From Chiloscyllium plagiosum (taxonomy: Eukaryota): a stretch of DNA of 64,000 bases. The first letter of the stretch is position 1. Each line of letters starts with the position of its first letter. The stretch lies in the NCBI RefSeq assembly GCF_004010195.1, contig NC_057758.1, positions 3,313,881 through 3,377,880 of the forward strand, in the 5' to 3' direction. The position numbers and the translations under genes are program-made. The notes beneath the pieces are model-generated. The model did not search any database, was not told the DNA's origin, and worked only from the letters and a program-made list of their open reading frames with translations. Positions 1 to 12,149 of the stretch are shown here, piece after piece.

Positions 1-34
1 CATACTTAGGGATCATTCTATAATCCTGGCATTC

Positions 35-345
35 ATAGTCCTTAGTTAGACCATACCTGGAGATCTGCACACTCTTTGGGACTTCGCATCCCTTGGTTGA
101 CTGCATTTGCAGCACTGTTCCAGTTTTGATATCGCTAATTTCGAATATACCTGGAGCACTGTACGTAGTTTTGGTCTCCATAGATCACAGTTGCAGCATT
201 TTGAACAGTTTTACTCTGTGTATCCCTCAGCCAGACAACGCCCGGAGCACTGTGTACAGTTCTGGTCTCTAAAATCCTCAGTTGGAACACACTTGCACCA
301 TTAAATGGAGTTCTGGTCTATGTATTCTTCAGTTAGAACTCACCA
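35..345 (+). repeat. Degenerate tandem array (~45-50 bp unit) derived from the CR1 RT segment encoding LVRPHLEYCVQFWSP
   Basis: About six consecutive units resembling CTTAGTTAGACCA-C-TGGAGCACTGTGTACAGTTCTGGTCTC, e.g. 226-270 and 140-181; compare the intact CR1 motif at 28022-28065. Confidence 0.6.
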
Positions 346-2464
346 TACCAATTTCAAAACACAATAGGCTCACTTTAGCTTATATTACTTGCCTGAAACA
401 TCAGTGAGACTCAGATATCCCTTCTGTCTCACAGCGTTGGTTAAGACGATCTGACAGAACTGAATTATCTGAGGCAAAGATTCAGCAGTTCACTTAACAT
501 CGCCGACTGTCCTCACGACCTATCACAAATTGAATGACGAGGATATGAGGTCATAGGAAAACTAAGAGCTGGACAGCTCCCTCTGTACCTCACACACCAC
601 CAACACTTGAACTCCTTCCTTCACTATCACTCTATTTTAAGGTCATCTTTTTTATCTCTGTTGTCTTTTATTTCCACTGGATGGCCTGTCTTGCCGGAGG
701 AACAGGGCGAGATCACAACTGTCACATGAAGGTTATGATCCTCTGTGGATGTCTGTCAAGGAGCTATAAGATATCAATGTGAGCCTGCCTTTTTTTCTGA
801 ACTTCCCTCCCTCCCTGGAGACAGCAGAATACAAGGTGTTCGGTGATAAATGAGAGACGGACAAGAGGCAGTGATCAATGAAGTGAGTTTTATTTCCATC
901 TATTAGAAAACAAAACGCCGGGGACATTGTCTCGCTGAATGGAGACTATCTCGAAATGAAGAAATGAATGTGAGCTTCATTCGGTGTCTCAGATGGGTTC
1001 CTTTCTGGGATTTGTTTACTTTATGGGGCTTATTTCAACGAGCAACACTTGAAAATTTAGACACATCTGAAAGTGAGTATTTCACCTTTTATTTTGCATT
1101 GGTGTAACCTGTAAGTCTCTGCCCGACAACCTGTGAAACAGACAGAAAGAATTCATCAATTCCGTTGTTCGTGACCCACAAGGTCAGAAGTATATTGACT
1201 GCTCTCTTGGACAGATGTGAAACGGAGGTTTATAAAAATAACGATTGAACCTATAGTTTGTCAGTTGTCGGGCTGACCAAAGTGTGTACCGTCTGTACTG
1301 AACCTGGCCATGGGTAGAACAATAATCACGTTGTCACCAAATAATGAGAGAGCAAACCTGTGCTCAGTGTTCCAATGGTGAGTTCCCAAATGCATGTCAG
1401 AGCTGTCACTGAGCACATTGCTGCAAGTGAGGTCTGGCCAATCAGCAATGTAAGTGGAAAGAGTCTAGAACAACCAATCATGACGCAAAACTGCCTCGAG
1501 GGATTGAATGGCCTCCTTCTCTTCACAAGAACATTCCGTTCATTGTTCACTGAGAGGTGTACTCATCTATCAGACCACGAGAAATAGGCCACTTCGCCCC
1601 CGAAGCCTGTTCTTCCATTCAATAGAATCATGGTGATTCGACATACCTCATGTCCACTTTCCTTCCCTTTCCACATATTCCATCATTCACCAACTGACCA
1701 ACAATTCATCTCTCTCAGCTGTAAATATAAACAAGGACTCTGGCCCCACATAATGAAAAGGCGCTCCAACACAGGAATAAAATATATCCCTCCCTATCTC
1801 AGTCTTCAATTGGTTCCCCTTTATTCTGAGACTATACGATTTGATCCTAGACTCTCCTATAAGGGGAAATATCTGCTCAGCATTTACCCTTAAGGTTCAT
1901 AAGAATCCCATACGTTTCAATGAGATTATCTCTCAAGGTTGTAAACACCAGTCAGTACACTATCACACTGCTAAGTATTCACTCCAGAGACCACCCCTCC
2001 ATTCTGTGATCATCTCAGTTAACCTTCTCTAAACTGCCTCTAAAGGCTTTTTTTCTTGAATAAAGGACATTTCCAATACAGATTTGGAACTCACCACAAA
2101 ATCGGCATTGATAGGTTGTATCAGCAACAGGATGACAAGGACGAAGAGAAACACTTCCCCATTCTCTGCTCACTACATTGGTAGCCACTCTGAGACGATG
2201 TAGGAAAGGATGCTTTTGGTATGAATTACGAATGTATTAAGGCACAAAATAGCCCGATTGAATTTCATAGTCGGGCACACTCGAAACTCTGACTGATTTC
2301 TTCCAGCACCTGGGAATGGTTCTGCATGTCGTTTTCAAAGATGCAATGACCCATTGTAAACTTTGAACTTATTCATGTACTGGCAATGATCACTGTGAAA
2401 AGTACTAGGGAAACCTTGAGCAAACTTAGTGCTTTTCTCATTCTTCTCAGAGTCTCCCAGAGTC

Positions 2465-2786
2465 AGGGTGGCACGGTGGCACAGTGGTTAGCACTGCTGC
2501 CTCATAGCACCAGAGACCCGGGTTCAATTCCTACCTCAGGCGACTCTCTGTGTGGAGTTTGCACATTCTCCCCGTGTCTGCGTGGGTTTCCTCCGGGTGC
2601 TCCGGTTTCCTCCCACAATCCAAAAATGTGCAGGTAAGGTGAATTGGCCATGCTAAATTGCCCGTAGTGTTAGGTGAAGGGGTAAATGTAGGAGAATGGG
2701 TCTGGGTGGGTTACGCTTCGGCGGATCGGTGTGGACTTGTTGAGCCGATGGGCCTGTTTCCACACTGTAAGTAATCTAATCTAATC
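2465..2786 (+). mobile_element. HE1-like tRNA-derived V-SINE, full length
   Basis: A box TGGCACAGTGG, B box GGTTCAATTC, V-domain TGTGTGGAGTTTGCACATTCTCCCCGTGTCTGCGTGGGTTTCC, (AATCT)n tail. Confidence 0.9.
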
Positions 2787-2989
2787 ATGACTAAAAAGCG
2801 GAGGCCACTGAAAGAAAATCAGAGGCTACTGTGTATTAGATGTTTACAAGAGGCAGGTAGCACTATTTTAGTTTGAGATTATGGTCAGCATGGACTGATT
2901 GGACCAAAGGTGCTGCATCTGTACCGTCTGACTGTTTGCCTTGATAACTCTATGAATCATGAGGATTGGATCAGTTCACTGTGACCAAA

Positions 2990-5900
2990 TGTAACTGGAA
3001 TCAAAGTCTTGGAATCAATACCTGGAATCAAAGATAGACACGTGGGCAGAGGGGGTGGGTTGCTCAATTTGTAAGAAATGAAATTAAATCAATAGGAAGA
3101 AAGGAAGTAGGGTCTGATGGTATAGGATCTGTGTGGGTAAAATTGAGGTACCACAAAGGTTAAAAAAATGACACAGTTGGAATCATAGGTCTCCAAACAG
3201 TAGTCATGAGCTGGGGCGCAAGATATCCCAGGGGATCGAAAAGATGAGTAAAAAAGGCAAAGTCACAGTGATCACAAGGGATTTCAATATGCAGATGAGC
3301 TGGGAACCTCAGATTGGTCGTGGTTCGAGTGAAAATGAATTTGCATAATGTCTGTGAGATGGCTTTTTGGGGCAGCTTGTGATGGAGTCCATTAGGGAAC
3401 AGTCAATGCGACATTTAGTGCTGTGCAATGAGAACGACTTGATTAGGGAGCCCAAGGTGAAGGAAAACTTAGGAAGCAGTGATCACAACATCATCAAATT
3501 TACTCTGCAATTTGGAAGAGAGAAAATAGAATCAGAGGTAACGGTATTTCCACTGAATAAAGGCAACTATCGAGGCAATAAGGACAAGCTTGGTAGAATT
3601 AACTGAGAGAGAAGCTGAGCAGTTAATACAGTGATACAACAATGGAAGGAGCTTCTGGGGGTAATTCAGAAGACACAGAAGAAACTCATCGCCAGTAAAA
3701 AAGAAGCATAGTATAAGGAGGAACTGGCAACCATAGCTGACTAGGGAAGTCAGGAATCGCATTAAAGTTAAAGAGAAAGTATATAAAGTAGTGAATAAAG
3801 GTGGACAACGCACAGGACTGAGAACTTTACCAAGACCAACAAAGGGCAACATGAAAAGAAATAAGGAGGATACGATAGCCAGTAAGACAAAAGAAGATAG
3901 TAAGAGATTTTTCTTTGATTATAAAGAAGAGAAAAGAGAGACAGAGGTGAAAATAGGGCTGTTGGAAAGTGACGCTGAAAATATCATAGTGGGGAACAAG
4001 AAAATGTTGAGGACTGAATAATTACATCGCATCACTCTCCAAGGTGGAAGACACGAGCAATTTCCCTAACGTTCAAGACAGTGAGGAGACAGAGGTGAGT
4101 ATGGTAGCGATTACCAAGGTGAAGGTGCTAGAAATCCTGAATGGCATGAAGTTGAACAAGTCACTTGGACCAAACGCACTACATGCCAGAGTTGAAAGGG
4201 AGACAGCTGAAGAGATAGTGGAGGCATTAGTGGTAATCTTTCAGGAATCAGCAGAATCATGGAGGGCTCCGGGAGACATGAAAACAGCTAACATAACAGC
4301 CCTGTTTAAGAAGGGAGTAAGGCAGAAGATGAAAAACGCCTGAACGATTTGGCTAACCTCAGTCATGGATAACATCTTGGAATCTATCATGAAGGATCAG
4401 ATTTCTGAATACTTGGAAGTGCATAATACAATAGGTAGAGTCAGCATGGTTTCATCAAGGATGCTTAATGCCTGAAAAATCTGCTAGAATTAGAGACATG
4501 GAGTCATAGAGATGTACAGCACAGAAACAGGCCCTTCAGCCCAACCGTCCATGCTGACCAGATATCCCAACCCAATCTAGTCCCACCTGCCAGTACTTGG
4601 CCCATATCCTTCTAAACCCGTCCTATTCATATACACATCCAAATGCCTTTTAAATGTTGCAATTGTACTAGCCTCCACCATTTCGTCTGGCAGCTCATTC
4701 CACGCACGTACCATCCTCTGTGTGGAAAAAGTTGCCCCTTAGGTCTCTTTTCTATCTTTCCCCTCTCAACCTAATCCTATGCCCTCTAATTCTGGACTCC
4801 CCCACCCCAGGGAAAAGACTTTGTCAAATTATCCTATCCATGCCCCTCATAATTTTGTAAACTTCTATAAGGTCACCCCTCAGCCTCCGACGATCCAGGG
4901 AAAACAGCCCCAGCCTGTTCAGCCTCTCCCTGGAGCTCAAATCCTCCAACCCTGGCAACGTCCTTGTAAATCTTTTCTGAACCATTTCAAGTTTCACAAC
5001 ATGTTTCCCATAGGAAGGAGACCAAAATTGCATGCAATATTCCAACAGTGGTCTAACCACTGTCCTGTACAGCCGCAACATGACCTCCCAACTCCTGTAC
5101 TCAGTATTCTGACTGATAAATTCAAGCATACAAAGCGCCTTCTTCACTATCCTACCTACCTCCAACTCCACTTTCAAGGAGTTATGAACCCGCACTCCAA
5201 TGTTTCTTTGTCCAGCAACACTCCCTAGGACCTTACCATTAAGTGTATAAGTCCTGCTAAGATTTGATTTCCCAAAATGCAGAACGTCGCATTTATCTGA
5301 ATGAAACTCCATCTGCCACTTCTCTGTCCATTGGCCCATCTGATCAAGGTCCTGTTGTAATCTGAGGTAATCTTCTTCGCTGTCCACTACATCTTCAATT
5401 TTGGTGTCATCTGCAAACTTACTAACTATCCCTCTTTATGGAGAACCAATGGATGTTATCTACTTGGACGTCAAGAAGGCCTTTGACAAGGTGCCGGACA
5501 GGAGGCTATTGAATAACATAGGGGCCCATCATGTTAGAGGCAAGGCGTTAGCATGGGTAGACTGAGGCTATTTGGCAGAAATCAGAGTATCGGGATAGAA
5601 GGGTTCTTCACAGCCAGTGACAAGCAGCATTCCTCAGGGCTCCGTGTAGGGTCCACAAACTTTCACATTAACGATCTTGATGAAGGGACTGAGGGTATTC
5701 TGCCTAAATTTGCAGATAATACAAAGATTGTTAGAGGGGCAGGTGGTATTGCGGAGTTGGAGAAACTGCAGTAGAATTTGGACAGATTAGGAGATTGGGC
5801 AATGAAGTGGCAGATGAAGTATATCGTGGGAAAGTGTGGGATGTGGGGTCATGCACCTTGGTACAAGCATAGAGGAATGGACTATTTTCTCAATGAGGAG

Positions 5901-6625
5901 GAAATTCAAAAGTCTGATGTACAGAGACTTAGGAGTTCTGATCCAGATTCTCTCAATATAAACTTGTCGGTTAATTTAGTAGTTAGGAAGGTAAATGCAA
6001 TAATGATAGTTATTTCAAGAGGACTTGAATATAAAAACAGAGATGTACGTCTGAGTCTCCATAAGGCTATGGTCAGGTCACATTTGAACTATTGTGTGCA
6101 GGATTGGGCACCACATCTCTGGAATATAGTACAGGCTTTGGAGCGTGTTCAAAGGAGATGCACAAGAATGATCCCAAGAATGCACAGCTTAATTTGTGAT
6201 GAACGCGTGAGGACTCTGGGTCTAAATCGATAGAGTTTAGAAGGATGAAGGGTGGTCCAATTGAATCTTACAGAATACTAAATGGCCAAGACAAAATCGG
6301 TGTTAAGAAGACGTTTCCACTGATAGGAGAGACGAGAACACTAGGGTATTGCCTTTGAATAAAGGGAAGATCTTTTAGAACAGAGCTGAGGAGAAACGTC
6401 TTCAGTCAGAGAATGGTGAATCTGTGGAAATCACTGCCACAAAAGGCAATGGAGGTCAGGTCATTCAGTATACCTAAGATTAAGATAGCTATGTTCAAAG
6501 GGATCAAAGATTAAGGCGAGAACACCGGAGAATGGGGTTGAGAAACTTATCGGTCATGGTTGAATGTTGGAACAGACTCGATAGGCTGAATGGCCTAATT
6601 TCTGCCCTTATGTCTTATGGTCTTA
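2990..6625 (+). mobile_element. Decayed CR1-clade LINE ORF2 (APE endonuclease and RT) with 3' end
   Basis: Fragments LGSSDHNII, ANITALFKKG, KFADNTKI and HLNYCVQDWAPH with many stops and frameshifts; 3' tail ...CTTATGTCTTATGGTCTTAT. Confidence 0.85.
4495..5438 (-). mobile_element. Younger HER1/CR1 LINE 3' fragment nested in the older CR1
   Basis: ORF 4824..5387 encodes the CR1 RT C-terminus (LQQDLDQMGQW...LEYCMQFWSP...RLRGDLIEVYKIM), opposite in orientation to the host. Confidence 0.9.
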
Positions 6626-7159
6626 TCAAAACTTAATGCTTCTGTCAAGCCAATTAGTTATCAGTGTACAGATATATCTAACTGTATAATATTTGTCGTG
6701 GTGAAGGTTTGAATACAGTCGTCTTTGAGCTTAAAATAAGTATTGTTCTGTGGTTATGGAGATGATTTGGACATTATTCCGCTGCTGTTTCTTGAACAAA
6801 TATCTGAGTTTGCCAACACAATAAGGACATAGAGTCACAGCAGCTTCATAAGGAAAATGAGACAGGATGGCGACTAGCTCCTCTTCAGAAGTAAACATTG
6901 AGAAAAACAACATTCAATCGTAAGAACCTGCAACAATTGGAAGAGAATGGTAGTGGTTTGACCTGATAGTCATCACACCTCAGACAATGGGAAGGCTTGA
7001 GAAGGTGGGACCTGCCATGGTATGAATGGAGAGGCAATGTCAGATAAAGTCATTTGAAAAGAAAATAACAAATCGTGTATGATGTAGGAAGTGGTGAAGT
7101 TGTTCATTTGGCAAAGCAATCTAACTTTCATTGAACTATGACCACCATTTACAGATGCA

Positions 7160-7935
7160 CCAGACAAAGCATTTTGCCTGGATGCATCACAATCTAATGC
7201 TCTGTCTAAGACTGGAAGAAACTACAGAAAGCTGTGATCACTGTCTAGATCAACAAACAAGCCAACCTTCAATCCATTGACTCAATCTATACTTCTTGCT
7301 GCCACAGAAAGGCAGTCAACATTATTAAAGGCTGCTCCCCTGACCCCCACCCCAGTTATGATTTCTTCCAACCTTTCTGAGTCATATAAAGTCATAGAGT
7401 CCTACAGCACAAAGACAGGCCCTTTGGCCCAAACTGGTCCATGCAGACCAAAATGTCCATCCACGCAAGCTGCATTTACTTGGACTTGGTGCATATCCTT
7501 CAAAATCTTTCCTACCCATGTCTTTGTACATATGCCTACTTCCACTGGCAGCTTATTCCATATGCGCACCACCCGCCATGTAAAACAGTTGCCCTCAGGT
7601 TCCCCTCTAAGCTTAAACCAATGCCCTCTCATCCTCGATTCCCCAAAGTTGAGAAAAAGACTGAGTGCATTCTCTCTCTTCTGTCAGACAGAAGGTACAA
7701 AACCTTAAAGACACATACTGAAAGGTTCAAGAACATCTTATTCCCCGTTGTTATCAGACTTCTGAATGGAAAACTCATATTTGAACACTCATGTTGACGT
7801 TGCTTTCTGTACACTATTGCAGCTGAAACTTCATATTGCTCACTCTGTTTAATTACCTCTCTGTATTTGCGTGTTATAATCTGCCATACTGCAGGCAACA
7901 CGTAGCATTTCATTGTACTTAGGGACATAATAAAT
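7160..7935 (+). mobile_element. Rex1/Babar-like LINE 3' fragment interrupted by a minus-strand CR1 3' end (~7385-7670)
   Basis: Peptide RRYKTLKTHTERFKNILFPVVIRLLN resembles Rex1-type C-termini; ends in an AATAAATCAA-type tail; the insert encodes RGHWFKLRGE...VVRIWNKLP. Confidence 0.55.
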
Positions 7936-9712
7936 CAAAATAAATCAAATTCATTTCTAACATCGCTCTGCACTATAAACTCCAACATCGATGCAATGGC
8001 AATCATACAAATGTGGAAATCTGAAGTACTTTTTGCAGATAGTGACAGATAAAAATAGGCAAGGTAAACACAGGGGAAGATAATTGGCAAACAGAAAAGG
8101 AGAGATGGAGAAATAGTGAGGATAAAGAAAATGAGATAGAGAGAGCAATCAAAGGGAGACTCAGACCGAATAATCAGGGAGAGACTACGGAATAGAAAAG
8201 CCAAAAAAGAGACAAAACGGGGGAGTGAGGTGGGGGTGGGAGAGGGGAAGCAGAGTGAGCTACTGGGAAATGAACAGATCAGGAAAGGTACAGAATTGTA
8301 ATAAATAACTGACAGCACCCGTTCCAGAATCCCAGGACGTCTCAGAGTGATGGACACACATGCCTGGCAATTGTCTGCTGTCATTGTTTTGTTGGGGAGG
8401 GGGGCACAAGGCAACCATTTTGCACACAAGTAGTTTCCAATGTTACCAACAACGTAACAGCTGGTCTGTTGTAGGGATATGTTTTGGTGCCAGTTCACAC
8501 TGGGGGAGGGATGCAGTGGAAGGGTCGTTGGGGGAAACCACAAGGTCCGATTCCATGAAATATTTCAAGTTGGGAAGTTTCAGGATCCAGTAGGAATATT
8601 CCAATTGGAACTGTGTGACGACCGAGTTGGACAATTGCTTCCGAGGTCGATTAACTGAAACCTGCCATGCAAAGGGGGGTAGAAGCAGGCATGTCATGCA
8701 GCTTTGGACGTATATATGCATCCAGAATGGGGAGCTGTCGCAGAAACATCTGAAAAAGAGAAGTGTTGTTATTTGCATAATCTCCCAGCCTCTTTGAAAG
8801 ATCTAAATGCATCATTTCTTGCCCAATTGTAATGGGTTTAAATACAAACTCAGTCTACTCTTGCTTTTCTGCATGACATTCATGGCATCAACAAATAGCA
8901 ACCATTCGTTAAGCTGAACAAAGCATTGGCATGATTTCCAAGTTGGTTTTTTTGTGTCGTGGGTTCCATGTGGCAGTCTGGTATATGAACTCACAGCTCC
9001 TGCATCAGAGATCAGAAGATCAGAAATGATTCTTGCTGCAAACCACAAGAACTCTCAGTGCCTTGTCTGTTATTGATGGCTCTTTATGATTAAACCTTTG
9101 TTTGAGAATCAGTTGTAGATGAATTTCTACTCATGGTTACAAAACCAAGTTAAACGCCAGGAGGCCAACACAATTTCAGGGATGCGAGGGAACAATCTCT
9201 GATTATTTTGGACAGTCGGTCGGTCTGTTAAATATTTGCCTCTTAGACGGATTTCACCGGCCCCAAGGCTCCATTCAGTCTCTGAGGGCTCCACAAGGCT
9301 CTAATCAAACAATGCAAAAACTGAAAATGATCCAGTATCTCATTGTGTGTTCAATACACAGGCTGTACGCAGTTGAATGCCACCCCTCCCAAAAAAAAAC
9401 CCAAACATTGCACGCATTATTGCACTGTAGGCAATGTGCATGTTGCTAAATGGTGATTACCCAAATATCTGGAGTCCCAAATGTAGACATTACATTACTT
9501 AGTCAATACAGACTGTGCAAGTGTTTACATTGAAGTGACAGTCATCTCACACTGTCCACATTGCCTTACTGTAAACAATACAGTTTACACAATGCTGAGT
9601 GTCTAAATGTCAGGGGACAACACAGAAGGTGTTGTATTACAATTGGTCTTGTTTTACTGCAGCCTGTACAATGGTAAGTAGCCAAACCAAACAGTAGACA
9701 TTGCATTACAGC

Positions 9713-10758
9713 CATGATTTGGAGATGCCAGTGTTGGACTGGGGTGTACAAAGTTAAAAATCACACAACACCAGGGATAGTCCATCAGGTTTATTTGGGA
9801 ACAATACCTTTCTGAGCGCTGCTCCTTCATCAGGTGGTTGTGGAGTATAAGGTCATAAGACACAGAATTTATAGCAAATGCTTACAGTGTGAAGTAGATG
9901 AAATTATACATTGAAAAAGACCTGAATTGTTTGTTCAGTCTCTCATCTTTTGGAATGAACACGTTGATTTCAGTTCTTTCATATGTAAATCGCAGAACTG
10001 TTTTAAAGTTACACTCTCAGGTGAACTTTAACAATTGGTATCATCTCGGCCCAGATAATGCAGTTAAGCTGTGAGGTGCCCTTTGTGAGCCTGTCTGTGC
10101 CAGACTGTTCAGACTGATTCTAATCTTAAAGAAAAGGATTTACAGAATCGTACATGGATTCATGCAGTTTTGAGCAAAATAAAATGTAATTTTGCAAGTA
10201 CAATTTCACCCCTCAAACTTATATGTGTGCATGTGGGTGGTGGTGATGAGTGTCTGTGAGAGAGTGTCTGCATGCATGTGAGTGTGAGTGTGAAGGGGTG
10301 TAAGTCTGTGAGAGGGTGCATGTGTGTGGGAGTGTATATGTGAGTGTATGAGAGAGAACTTGTATATGAGACAGGGTCTGTGTGAGTGTATGGGTCTGTG
10401 TGTATGCGTGTGTGTCTGTGTGTGCGTCTGTGTGTGCATGTCTGTCTGTATCTGTGTGTGCAGTCCAATAGGGTGTAGTAAAGTGTAGTTGAGTGTAGAA
10501 TAAAAGGTTATGCGATTTACATATGAGAAAACTGCAACCAGCATGATCATTCCAAAAGTGGAGAGACTTAACAAACAATCCAGGTAATTTTCAATATATA
10601 ATTTCAGTTACATCACACTGTAACGCTTGCTATAAATTCTGTGTCTTACGATCTTATACTCCACAACCACCTGATAAAGGAGCAGGACTCCGAAAGCTAG
10701 TGCTCCCAAATAAATCCGTTGGACTATAACCTGGTGTTGTGTGGTTTTTAACTTTGTA
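9713..10758. mobile_element. PLE-derived non-autonomous element with ~170-bp inverted termini (AGCU-family hammerhead)
   Basis: 9747-9920 is the reverse complement of ~10590-10758. Degenerate hammerhead cores at 9803-9836 (-) and 10668-10702 (+). Internal (TG)-rich tract. Confidence 0.75.
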
Positions 10759-11289
10759 TTACCGCAGACAAGACACAGCTGACTCACTTTTGAGTGTTCA
10801 AGTATCTATTCTATTATAGAGTAGACATTGTATTACTGTAGATGCCATGCACTTTTCACACTGCTGAGTGTCCGTGTCTCAGTTAGTTTACACAGTGTAC
10901 ATTGTAATAATGTGCACAACACACTGTCTGAATAATTCTGAGTACCAGAATATCAGTCCTCCCACACTGTCGACATTGTATTACTGTACATTACATCTCC
11001 TTGTGCGTCTGAGATATCATATATTTAGGCATATTAATATGTGCGTGCGTGGGTGCACGAGCTTGTGAGAGAGTGTGTGTCTGTGTTTGTGTGTATGTAA
11101 TTTTGTATGTTTTTCTATGTATGCGACTATGTGTGATTGTGAATGCATCTGTGTTTTTGTGCAAATGTGTATGACTATATGTGTGTAGCTGTGCATGTGT
11201 ATGTATGTGATTCTGTACGTGCATGTCTGTGTGTGCCTGCGTGTGTGAATATATGAGGCGACGTGAGAGTGGGTTTCAATAAGTGTTTC

Positions 11290-11600
11290 TCTTTGTATGA
11301 GAGTGTCACTGTGCAGTCGTACATTCATCACCGAGTTCATGTGTGTTTCTGCAGACGTTTCGCTAGGTGAAATCATCAGTGCACCTCTGCGAATTGTTTC
11401 TGGTTTGTCTCGAATGGTATTTATGCGTTTGTGTTTTCTGTAACTTCTAGGTCTGTATCTGATTGGCTTGTACATTAGGTAGTGTTCAATACATTTATCG
11501 ATTCAGTTCTCGTTGGGGTGCCAGGCTTCAATGAATTCTGATGGGTGAGTCTATTTTGCCCGCAGTAGGATCTTACATTGTGCCATTTGAATTTGTGTCT
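11290..11600 (-). mobile_element. Penelope/Poseidon-like element 3' fragment (GIY-YIG C-terminus plus hammerhead remnant)
   Basis: Minus strand encodes HTDNERHKFKWHNV... followed by TGCA-CTGATGA-TTTCACCTAGC-GAAACGTC-TGCA at 11383-11350. Confidence 0.65.
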
Positions 11601-11727
11601 TTCATTGTCTGTGTGGTTAGAAATGAGAGAGAGAGTATTGGTGGTGAATGGCAATGGCGAGCTGATGTTTAAGCACACACATGTTCAATTTTCTTCATAT
11701 TTGTCTTATATAGCGTTTTTCACAGTC

Positions 11728-12124
11728 CTTGCAGGTAATCCTGTCTATTACATTCGTGCTGTTGGATGTGGGTGTCGGATCATTAACGTCTTGTGGAACT
11801 GGTAAAAGATGTTTGCTGGTTTGTTGGCCATTATGACTCTTAGAGGTCTGTGTGCTACTGTGTGCATCTCAGAGTGTGTGTGGGTGTGCGGTTGTGTGCG
11901 TATTTGAGTGTGTGTGTATACACATATGCAGAAACACACACACACTCTCAGATACACACACACACAAACACACACACTCAGATACACACACAGTAACATA
12001 CTGTCCTCAAGGAGTCTTAGTGGCCCACAAACCAGTAAACAACTTTCACCAGCTCCTCACAGAAGTTAAAGACCCGACACCCACATCCAACAGCATGAAA
12101 GTCATCGACAGGATTACCTGCAAG
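11728..12124. repeat. Inverted duplication of a PLE GIY-YIG N-terminal fragment flanking a (TG)n/(CA)n spacer
   Basis: ~11728-11846 is the imperfect reverse complement of ~12005-12124; encodes VAHKPVNNFHQLLTEVKDPTPTSNSMKVIDRITCK. Confidence 0.75.
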
Positions 12125-12149
12125 AGAGAATGGGAATGGGTGGCCAGTT

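Noticed and set aside
1372..1478. Three CCAAT boxes
   Set aside because: No CpG island or associated gene evident, so insufficient to call a promoter.
2465..2535. tRNA-like A/B boxes
   Set aside because: These are SINE heads followed by a V-domain and LINE-like tail, not tRNA genes.
8443..9050. Unique sequence with short minus-strand ORFs and possible splice sites
   Set aside because: No recognisable protein motif and no consistent exon chain.
10160..11270. His/Thr-rich ORFs
   Set aside because: Translations of (CA)n/(TG)n-rich low-complexity sequence.
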